From: Hormiphora californensis | Lineage: Eukaryota; Animalia; Ctenophora | Length of the DNA stretch: 64,000 nucleotides | NCBI GenBank assembly: GCA_020137815.1 | Contig: CM035354.1 | Coordinates: forward strand, 2,046,001 to 2,110,000 | Direction: 5' to 3' | In this document: positions 1-10,800 of the stretch, piece by piece | How positions within the stretch are numbered: position 1 is the stretch's first letter | How the letters are laid out: every line of letters starts with the position of its first letter | The notes under the pieces: model-generated | The model's input: only the letters and a program-made list of their open reading frames with translations | What the model was told of the DNA's origin: nothing | Database searches by the model: none | Position numbers and translations under genes: made by a program

Positions 1-22
1 CACCAAGAGAGACTAAAACCAG

Positions 23-457
23 AGATTGCAGAGAGTGCAGGGACTAACTGACTCTACCATGCCGCCCCTATCCTGCACCGATCTAATAGGATTGTGTGTG
101 TCTGCCGAGTGCAATGCTACGCTTGAAGAGGTTGATGTAAAGAAGGCACTAGATCTACTCACCTGTGCGGCCCGAGATGACGCTGTTACTGATGTCCAGT
201 TTGAGAGGTTGAGATTAGCGATTTGGAGGGCAGTAATTGAACGAGATGAATGGTGGGAAAGAAGATCAGGACCTGAGAATATTGATGAGACATTGTTCTA
301 TCGGTCCATCATCCTCGCATACAACTCCGGCCTCGTTATCTCACACATTCTTCCCGGTGTGGAGGATTTGATCGGGGAAATCGCTGATAAGCAGAAGGAA
401 TTCGTTTTGCGTTCGGGCTACGAACAAATGGCCCAGATGGGACTGATTAGCGTTTAA
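23..457 (+). CDS. NUP133: Terminal exon of nucleoporin Nup133-like gene (C-terminal helical domain)
   Basis: LIGLCV..EC..E.DVKKALDLL..LRLAIW..RDEW..LPGVEDL..EFVLRSGYE resembles the Nup133 C-terminus as I recall it. An in-frame stop at 14-16 implies an acceptor near 21-31. Confidence 0.75.
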   Translation, partial: RLQRVQGLTDSTMPPLSCTDLIGLCVSAECNATLEEVDVKKALDLLTCAARDDAVTDVQFERLRLAIWRAVIERDEWWERRSGPENIDETLFYRSIILAYNSGLVISHILPGVEDLIGEIADKQKEFVLRSGYEQMAQMGLISV

Positions 458-1288
458 CTTTTCTTAACTGTTTTAATGTGTGACAATATATCTATTTTAA
501 CATCACTTTCCGTTAATAAAATAACCGCGACTCAAGTTGTGTGCCCCAGGGTGCGTCCCTTTGAACGATGGTAAACGCGGGAATGACATTGTGTAGCGCG
601 CGACAACAAAATATCGAGTTTCAGCATCGGACGCACGCGCAAACACTCTGCACACTCTCACTGATTTCCCACACACACAGACCTGTCTACGAAATACAGA
701 TCACGTCTCAACGACAACTAGTCATTCCTTGCTCCGTAGTTTATTCGACGCTTTTTGACCGCCCCGAAAAATAAAAACAAGTCATTCTCGTATTTAGAGA
801 CAAAGTAAATAATCAGCTGATGTGTATCATATCTGTCGAGTGTAACATACAGAAATAACAAATCCTTCACACACTCATAGAAATGTTATTGTCATGGAAA
901 AGAAACGTCAGGCTTAAAGATAAAGACCGCCAAGAATAGAGATGATACTGTTTCGACCAAGGTAGGTTTATGTTTCTTTCTCTATCCCCTGACGTAGGTA
1001 TTTTTCCCACGGTAATCTTGCCGTCTTTCGTTCAATCTGAATGGAGAACGAACGAGAGAAAAAAGATATATTGGGGAGATATTGTAAACAACAAGTGTAG
1101 TTGGGCCGGGGATTTTCATAGTTACGGAATTTATAGTTGCAAACTGCTCCTCGTCACAGATACATTGCCAGTGATTGTTACGTATTTGGCATCTTCCACG
1201 CCTCTTTCTTCCCTCACTCAATTACATACCTACTCTCTCTTTCTCAGTCTCCCTCTGTTAAATATCTGAGTTAAGATTAAGTTGTGCC

Positions 1289-1363
1289 CTGTCTAGCGGC
1301 GCCGACCCAATCTGAGCGCACTGAGAAGTGAGAATCAAAACGGGGCCGGTTGCCGCCAGACAG
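1289..1363. mobile_element. MITE family B copy (CTGTC...GACAG)
   Basis: TIR-like ends; degenerate 8-bp TSD gttgtgcc/gcagtgcc. Confidence 0.7.
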
Positions 1364-1634
1364 GCAGTGCCACTTTTTGAGTCTGTGCCACTCTTTGCCA
1401 CACTCTGTTGCCACCTTTGTCTCCGGACTCCGTAACCTTTTACCTTTTACCTCGCTCTTACCTTTACTTCCCTGAGCGACCTGACAGTTTTGAATAAGCA
1501 ATTCAAGGACATCCCATGCGACATTATATAGTTTACCAAACAACTATCCGAAGCGAAAACTAGTCCCTCAATACTTGCCTGGTATAGGTATGGCCTCGTT
1601 GACGATGTAGGGCCCCGCTGATAACTATCCGAAG

Positions 1635-1716
1635 CTGTCTGGCGCCGCGACCCATCTGAGCACACTGTCGCGTGCTCAGATTGAGAATCAAATTGGGGTC
1701 TGGCGCCGCCAGACAG
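1635..1716. mobile_element. MITE family B copy, hAT-like
   Basis: ctgtctggcg...cgccagacag TIRs with perfect 8-bp TSD atccgaag; lies between two copies of an ~80-bp duplication of the gene's stop-codon region. Confidence 0.85.
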
Positions 1717-1738
1717 ATCCGAAGCGAAAACTAGATCC

Positions 1739-4175
1739 TCAATACTTGCCTGGTATAGGTATGGCCTCGTTGACGATGTAGGGCCCCGCTGACAACTTTG
1801 AAGCTGTGAATATCGGGGGAAGGGTGATTGTCTTTCGGAGCTCCAACTTTTTTCCGTTGTCACTGAGGTATATTGGGATAAAGACGCTTTTAGTTGAAAC
1901 TGGGTGTTTGGTGGGCACGGGGGTACAGTATAGTAGCGGGCATGTTATTGTTTTTAACCTGGGTGTAGTAAGAGAGATGGTCGAGCAAGCTGCAGGGCTC
2001 TAGTGCTCTAATATACCTGTAGCAGGAACCGACCGAATCAGGAAATACTGGTCCCTGATTGGCTGATAACCAGTCACGTGACCTAAATAACGAGTTCTGA
2101 TTGGTTGTTTACTTGTTTCGGTCGGTTCCTGGTACCTGTAGGTTACGATGGAGGTCCCATCTTGTGTTAGTTTGTAGATTGTCCCATTGAAATACGCCAA
2201 GTCACCACTATCCTTCCTTTTTGTGTACATGTACGCTCTAGAGGCGTCTGTTCCGACATAACTTCTGCAAGAGAGAGAGAGGGGGAATAAGTGATCGTCA
2301 GAACCCGCTTTGCGCGATTGGAGGGCCTGGTACCACGTTCTACCCAATTTTATTGGTTGCTATGGTTACTCATTACCTGACCATTCGGTGGTCGAAGTTG
2401 GTTACAACGAGCAGATCAGCGTCAATACCAGCAATAGCAACCCCGGTAAGGTGTTTCAGTGTTAGATCCATGCTGTATCCTCTCTTGCCAGTCAGCCTGA
2501 AACATATGGTGATTAGAGATGCAGCTTTTAGCACATTGAATGTGGCCAAATATGTGACTCAGATTGCTATACGTCAAATCTGAATAACAGATAGATAGAT
2601 GATGCCTGAAACATTTCAGCTGAAAGAATCTCAACTCGTGTTTAGTACAACTACAATCTACATTGTCTATAATATAGAGCTATAAAAATATTACCTGCCC
2701 ACGGCGGTATCACATGTAATCCACACGTCTCCCTCTGGAGTTACTGACAGATCATTGGCTCCCTCGCAACTGTATGTTGTATACGATAGTAAACTGAGGG
2801 GGCACTTTACCCCGTTAGATTTACACAATAATTAGTGATTGTTACCATTAGTTACACTATTTTTACCATTAGTTACACTGTTGTAACTATCGGTTACATT
2901 ATTGTAACCATTGGTTACACTATTGTTACCATTGGTTACACTATTGTTACCATTGGTTACACTATTGTTACCATTGGTTACACTATTGTTACCATTAGTT
3001 ACACTATTGTAATCATTGGTTACACTATTGTTACCATTGGTTACACTATTGTTACCATTGGTTACACTATTGTTACCATTGGTTACACTATTGTTACCAT
3101 CGGTTACACTATTGTAACCATTGGTTACACTATTGTTACCATTGGTTACACTATTGTTACCATCGGTTACACTATTGTAACCATTAGTTACACTATTGTT
3201 ACCATTGGTTACACTATTGTTACCATTGGTTACACTATTGTTACCATTAGTGGTAACCATGGTAACCATGCGCGGGTAACTCATGACAATTGATACGTTG
3301 TACTACCTGTTACCAGAGCCGCCCGTTGTTTTCGATTGCCAGGTTTCAGTTTCATTCGACCAGTAGTGGAGAATTCGGGCCGTTGATACTAAACGGAGCA
3401 ACGTATTGTTATTATAGCAAATCAAATTTTACAGTATACTATTATGTTGTGTGAAAATCTAGGGTAAGTTTTGAACGTTTCGACACGTCGGTATGAAGGT
3501 TTTAGGTAACTCTGCCTGGCATATATCATCGGGTTTGCCCTGTCTGGCGCCGCGACCCATCTGAGCGCACTGTCAAATGGGGTATGGCGCCGCCATACAG
3601 GGTTTGCCTAACCACCTATAGAGAGCGATCTGTTACTTACATGTCCAGATTATTGACCCATCTCTTCCCACTGATATAGCCTTGAAGTTCTCATGTATTT
3701 CAAAGTTTGGAACGGTGTGTGCGTGATGTAGCTCCTCTCCACCCGCTGGCATCTTGTAAACCGTTTTCTTGTCCACAGCCCATAAGTCACCTGATGAGAG
3801 ATTTTGATGTAATTCTTTTTGTTCTCATCCTTATCTTGTGGGGTTCGTGAAATCTCCTGAATGGTATGGTTCGCACAAGGCGTGGCGATTGGGCTACCAT
3901 GATGGTCAAGTCTTTGTGGTATGCAAAGCCTAAAAATATGAGGTATATTTAGTTAGAAACTACTAGTACTAACCATTGCTAGCAATCTCAGCGTCTACAA
4001 TTCCAGTGCCCACAACCACCCAGTTATCTCCCTCATCCACACTGATCCTAAGATGCCCCTCTGTGTCCACCACAGCATAGTAGGGACCCGCTATGCTGGG
4101 TACCACGGTTGTAGCACACAACACAAACAGAATCAACATGCCTGCAAGAATGTTGTGAACACTGGCACATGACAT
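1739..4175 (-). CDS. Secreted protein with tectonin/NHL-like beta-propeller repeats (about 7 exons)
   Basis: Signal peptide MLILFVLCATTVV. Phase-consistent exons include GDLWAVDKK..AISVGRDGSIIW, NDLSVTPEGDVWITC, LTGVAIAG and GDLAYFNGTIYKL; last exon 2016-1739 ends PIPGKY*. Confidence 0.6.
2023..2131. mobile_element. MITE family A (109 bp, TIR CAGGAACCGACCGAA), copy forming almost an entire intron
   Basis: TIRs; flanking repeat atacctgtag/gtacctgtag; predicted minus-strand intron 2135-2017. Confidence 0.9.
2833..3268. repeat. 21-bp intronic minisatellite (gttaccattggttacactatt)n, about 20 copies
   Basis: Direct reading; lies within predicted intron ~3306-2794. Confidence 0.95.
3540..3600. 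mobile_element. MITE family B copy (internally deleted)
   Basis: Perfect 8-bp TSD ggtttgcc. Confidence 0.85.
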
Positions 4176-4298
4176 GATAGGGCAGATAGAGGGAGAGAGA
4201 GAGAGAGGGGAAGAGTAGGGAAAGATGGAGAGAAATAGAGAGAGAGTGGGAAAGAGAGACAGACAGAGGGATAAAGAGAGAGAGAGAGTAGAGAGATA

Positions 4299-4339
<41 letters not shown>

Positions 4340-4413
4340 CGAGAGAATCGAAAAGAATAAAGTACAGACGAACTGATATTGGTTCTCTCTTTCCCCCGTC
4401 CTCTCTCATACTT

Positions 4414-4454
<41 letters not shown>

Positions 4455-4850
4455 CTCGAATATCGAACAGACGAAGAAAACGATGTTTTTTATGTTTGCC
4501 TTTTCCGGTTGAAGAACTGAAGAATACTGTTACTGACCGGCACACGCGAGGGTAATGACATTAGCCATTCTGACACGCACTACCACCCAACAGCTGGGCC
4601 AACACCTCACAAAACGTCTTGTTTCATCAAAATGTGAAAATTATCTTACAAAATCTAATTATATTGTTCAAAAATAAAATTCTTCTTCTTCTTATTAGGT
4701 GAAGTTTATGTTGTACAAGTACAAGAAGAAGAAGAATATACTGTAAAATGTGTGTGTGTGTGTCCTTCACGTATAGCTCACTAAAATCTTGTTATGTTTA
4801 TGTGGTTAACGGAGCTAATTAAAAATTCACAGCTTCTCTCTCTCCTGACA

Positions 4851-7800
4851 TCATGCTGATTTTGAAATAGAAGTTGTGGCAGTTGTCATATGCCGTAACT
4901 TCCGAGGTTGTGCTGCAGGGGTCTTGGACTGGTTATCAATGTATCTCTTTCGGAGGTAGAGTAGACCCCAGACTAACATGAGGTAGATCACTATTCCCAT
5001 CATCACCAGGAAGTACCTAGAAGGAATGAGTATGAAGGAATGAGTATGAGATTAATCATAACAAGGGGGATTCTCTAGACTTAAACTAACCTGAACACTA
5101 TTCGATCGGTGAGATTGGATGGGGTGTGTTTTCTAAACCACCGGACAGTCCTGACCACCACCTGGGTGGGGATGTGTTACTGTTAGGATATGTTGTCAGC
5201 GGCACCGCTAGTGCGCTTCTTTGTGTGGGACCATGTGGCGAGGAGCGAGTTCCTAATATAAGGATTGCTGTCACCTGGGTGGGGTGTGTAGTGTTCCAGG
5301 GGAGGTGTATCCTGCCACTAGTTCGCCCTCGTATACCAGGAGTGGGGCAGTCAGGGGCATCGTCCATCCTCCTCTTCCTTCTGTCATCTGAAGAGAGAGA
5401 GAGATAGTGGTTTTGTTAGTACTTTTGTTAGTGGTATCGGAGAGGGGCATCCTCCCCTTCCTTCTGTCATCTGGAGAGAGAGAGAGATAGTGGTTTTGTT
5501 AGTACTTTTGTTAGTGGTATCGGAGAGGGGCATCCTCCCCTTCCTTCTGTCATCTGAAGAGAGAGAGATAGTGGTTTAGTGCTTTTGTTAGTGCTTTTGT
5601 CCATCCTCCCCTTCCTTCTGACATCTGGAGAGAGAGAGATAGTGGTTTTGTTAGTACTTTTGTTAGTGCTTTTGTTAGTACTTTTGTTAGCACTTTTGTT
5701 AGTGCTTTTGTTAGTGATCGGGCTTCTCTAACAGTGCCGAGAGATCACTGATCAGAAAGGAAAATTTGAATAGAGACGAGAGGTATTCTTTTGGCAAAGT
5801 TTCAATTGAACCCGTCGAGAACAAACACGTTCTCCTTCCGTGTGACGAAGATAAACTACAGCTAGCTCTCCTACCAGGAACCGACCGAATTAAGTAAACA
5901 GCCAATCAGAACTCGTTATTTAGGTCACGTGACTGTTTATCAGCCAATCAGGGACCAGTATTTCCTGATTCGGTCGGTTCCTGTTTCCTAGTAGGAGTCC
6001 TACCTGTAGCTGCGGCTCTGTAACTATTTGATTATCCCCAGCACGAAGGATGAATTTAGCTCTGTCAGGCTTCAAATCTGAGCTCCAATCTATCCGTATT
6101 TCCTCGTCTGAATGGAAATAGAACACGTCATTCTGTGTCGACTTTGTAGAGAGGATAATAGGGCGACGCGACTGCTAATCAAATTACCATTAATTTGATG
6201 TGCAGTAAGGTACATTGGGGCAGCAGCTAGGTTGATCAAGTTAGTGGTATGGACCTCAGTGTAGTTGTGTACCGTCCCATGTACAATCTTCCCGACCTTG
6301 TACTGCATTATCGGAGATCCCTGATCCCCTGAGTCGTACCTGTTTGGGAATGTTGGCATGAGAAACGGAGCCTGATTCAGGCGACTGCTGAAATGCAATC
6401 GAAATTCGTGTCAAGCAAATCAAATTTTCCCATAACTGAGGAGGTTGGCATGTGCTACACTCCCCTCATGCACATACACCCCCCGCAGCGATCAGGAGCC
6501 TGCAGCGTATCCCAACTGAAGAGGTTTGGTTAACTAAAATACCTGATATGTATCCAGGTGTTATTGACGTCCTCTGTGTTCCTCCTTGCTGCACCAAGTT
6601 CCCAATATACCACCCTGTAGTGATGGTCCTCACTCTCCGACCAGGAGAGGGTGAGCCGGCCCCGCTCTTCTATAAAGGCCCTCAGCCCCTCAGGGGGAAC
6701 GCTCTTATCTTGCCTGGGATATGAGAAAGTGCAGTGTTACGTAATATGAAGTAGGTACATTTCACGTCCAAGTGCCCCAATCTTTCAAATACCCAAAAGG
6801 TTTAAATTTGGAATTTCACGTGAATCGTTTATACAGCAAATTATATGTAGATCTTTTTTTCACTCACTTCAAATCAACAGTAGCACTTGATGCCGGGCCG
6901 GATCCCCCTGTGGCAATAGCTCGTACAGTGACGTTGTATTGTTGACGGGGTATCAGGTCCGTAAAGAGGTAGGATCTAGCAGCATATCCCAATCGCTCTG
7001 CCCTCAATTGTAGCGCTTGGCGTTTAACCCGGTCCACTGCAGTAGTAGTTGCTATGATTTATATAATGAGGATTATTAGGATTTAGGACATTAATGATTA
7101 CTAGCTTGAATAACGAATATATCACTACTTGACTAAGGAAGTATTCAGGTACTTAGTCAGATCACGTACGCGTACGTGATCTGAGATCACGTACGCGTAC
7201 GTGACTTAATATTAATCATACTTACCATTTCCTTCCAGTTCTTCAAATGGTTCAGCCAATATTTCAAAGGCCCTTAGCAGCCCATTAACTTCCAACAACA
7301 CCGGAGGTTCCCATTCCACTAGAAACTCACTGACACTGACAATATTAACTGCCAAGTTCCGTACGGGTGCATCGGGTTTCAGGGCTCCCGTCCTTGCTAT
7401 GATGGGGTTGCTGGATGGTCCGACACTTCCCCCAACCCGGGGGGACACCTCAACAAGATACTCGGAGTAGGGTTGGACAGTTACAGTGGTGGTATAGAGA
7501 CTAGTTCCCGGTTCAGAGTCAACTCGGACCGTTCTGTTAGTGTCACCTGCAGCACCGGACATAGAGTTCACAATATAAAACTCGCACTCTGTGGATCCCC
7601 ACTGTAGGTCCAGGGTTGAGGAGGTAGAGTTGGTTAGTTGGAGGTTGCTGGGGGCTGCTATCAGGAGGTTAAATGGAGGCCATGTAAAGGTTGGTGGAGT
7701 TTCACCGTAGCTGTTGGTTGACCCCACACCAAGGCGTACCTGCACCGGGAGGAAACCATTAGTTAGACCGAAACAAGTAAACAACCAATCAGAACTCGTT

Positions 7801-10800
7801 ATTTAGGTCACGTGACTAGTTATCAGCCAATCAGGGACCAGTATTTCCTGATTTGGTCGGTTCCCGATACAAGCACTGTGTTACCTCTGTGAGTCCCTCA
7901 CGCCGTTCAATGACAGTATCATTAGATGTCAGACCACGTCTTAACAATCTCCTCCCTTTCTCCCACCAGCATTATAAAGTTAAACAGCTCCCCTTCTCGT
8001 GCCTCCCAGTCAATCAAGAGATGAGTTTTATTTAGGTTTCCCACGTAGGGTGCCCGCATCTTCTTCGGACGTCCTGCAGACATCAATTAGCTGGATAACA
8101 TTACGAAACTCTCTCATTAATTTGCTGGATAACATTTCGAAACTCTCTCCTTTTGAAAATGATTTTGTATTTTATTACCTTACTCTCGTTAATTAAGCTC
8201 GCATATTTCAAGAAACTTTTAAATAAGAAACTTTTTTTCTAGGAAACTACAGGTGTAAGCAATCCAAAAACAAAAAGAATTTCTCCTTTATCAAGAAACT
8301 AAACAAGTTAGGGGTGTTCTATTTTGTTGTGGTGTCTCTGAATTGTGTGATTTACATTTGAAAAGTTTCTTATAAAAAAGTTTCTTACTAAAGCGTTTCT
8401 TAAAAAACGAGAGTAAGGTATTTTGTATTTTATTATTATTTTATTATTCAAAATGATTTTGTACCTACCCCTCACTGTTAGATGTACATTGTGATACTTG
8501 CATCCCTTTTGGGTGCACGCAGCACAGGTTAGCAGCGACGCAGTGTTCTTAGTCACGTTCCTAGAGAGGAAGAGATAATATCATATTGAAATGTAATGAG
8601 CTGGGTGCCCTACTGAGCTGGGTAGAGTCGTGTTATAGCGAGCAGTTAAAATCATACCCTGTCAGAGCATTGGCCTGACCCATTCTCGTTTCTCTCAAAT
8701 ATGCGCGCGAGAACTGTGGTCAGAGCATTGGCCTGACAGATCATACCTTAGTACTGCAACAGGATTATTTTGGGCTAGTTTCCGCTCCCTGACCCCATCC
8801 CAACTTCTCCATTCGTAGCTTATTGGTGCCCAACCCTCTGCGTTGCATCTAGTTTCAATATCTCGCCCCTCATCTGTCACTATTTCTTCGCTCTGAAAGT
8901 ATTGGTGAATCGGCAATCGGTGAAAATCTTTTACTAGAGTCACGTTCAATCGAGCTGCTGTATGATATTGGTATAGCTATTTTATAATTCCACTAGTACC
9001 AGTGGTATCCGGTTGGGGTTGGTGTATGTAATACCATGTTGATGAAGCGGAGAAAGTCCAGTCTTATTGTAGTTTGTGTCGTGCTGCTCCCCAGGGAGTT
9101 CCCAGCTTCACACACGACTATCGTGTTGTTTAGGGTGTGCACGGGTGTAAGGGTTAATCGGCTCTGATCCCCCAGGACCCTCTCAGAGGTATACCACTCA
9201 GTCTTGGCCGTTGGGTTCGCTGTAACATGCATTTTGGTTATTTCCCCGCCCTGATGCTTACGGAATTATAGATGACAGATGTTTTGGTTGTGAAAATTTA
9301 GAAAGTCGAGTGGTATAAGACTACGAGTTGTATTTTGTTACCTTTAACGTTGCAATCAATAGTGAGAGATATACCAATAACACCATGGGTCTCTTGAGGG
9401 AGGAACACATAAGGTGGGCCTTTGATCGACGCATACACTCCTATCTCGTCCGATTTTCCTGCAGGAGTGCCCCATCTCAGTAAAATATGTAATTATATTC
9501 TCGATACGTAGGCCAGTCGCTTTTTGTCATTTTGGGGCCATTTGGTGAACTGAGACATAACAAAGGTTTTCCACTTGCATTGTACTCCTATGGGGTCCCA
9601 TAAACACCAAAAAAATTTTCCACTCCAACCGAGGTGAAGAAAGTGCCTAAAATGGCCACGCCCTTAATTGCCTGTATTTTCAGCCTTGGCCAAAAAAGCA
9701 ACTTTGCTTTGGATTGGAGTAGAGACAAAAATGAGGGCACTAAAATGTGTAGAATGAGCAGCAGAATCGATTGGGACCAAGCAGAAGTTTCTATCTTGTC
9801 AGCTTCGAGAGATAATTGGATAATTAAGTATGCGCATAACCGTTTTTGAGCCATATGGCTATAGCCACTCAGGAGCGGTTTCGACAATTTACTTTCACAG
9901 GAGCTTGTTCAGCATATAAAAATTAGTGGGGGTAACAAATATGAAGTTTCTATCGCATAAGGTCAATGCGTTATTCAACTTCAAAGTTCGAAAAATGAGG
10001 GGAAAAAGTCGAAATTTGGTCATTTTCCCTCATTTTCCACTCATTTTTTGATCTTTTAAGTTGAATAACGATTGACCTTATTCGATAGAAACTTCATATT
10101 TGTTACTCCCACTAATTTTTATATGCCGAACAAGCTCCTGTGAAGCAAAATTGTTAAAACCGCTCCCGAGTGGCTATAGCCATATGGCTCAAAAACGGTT
10201 ATGTGCATACTTAATTATCCAATTATCTCTCGAAGCTGACAAGATAGAGATTTCTGCTTGATCCCAATCGATTCTGCTGCTCATTCTACACATTTTAGTG
10301 CCCTCATTTTTGGCTCTACTCCAATCCAAAGCAAAGTTGCTATTTTTGGCCAAGGCTGAAAATACAGGCAAAAGGGCGTGGCCATTTTGGGCACTTTCTT
10401 CACCTCGGTTGGAGTGGAAAATTTTTTTGGTGTTTCTGAGACCCCATAGGAGTACAATGCAAGTGGAAAACCTTTGTTATGTCTCAGTTCACCATTTTAG
10501 CAAAAAGCGACTGGCCTAACGTTGGTTCTGTAATCTATTCATGCTACCTTTGCGCTTAGCATACGTGATCTCAATCGTGACACCTCTCTCCATCTGTCAT
10601 GTGCTGCAGTTGAGGGGCCTGCATGCCACCCCCTCTCTCCTTGGCACCACGTACAGGGTATAGCGCGACGTGCCATCCCCTCTCTCCTTGGCGCCACGTA
10701 CAGGGTATAGCGCGACGTGCCCAACCTCTCTCCTTGGCGCCACGTACAGGGTATAGCACGACGTGCCCATCCCCTCTCTCCTTGGCGCCACGTACAGGGT

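Noticed and set aside
2832-3293. ORF of (TNGNNSV)n resembling ice-binding beta-roll repeats, and its antisense ORF
   Set aside because: It is a 21-bp minisatellite inside an intron whose flanking exons join in phase; no signal peptide or splice support.
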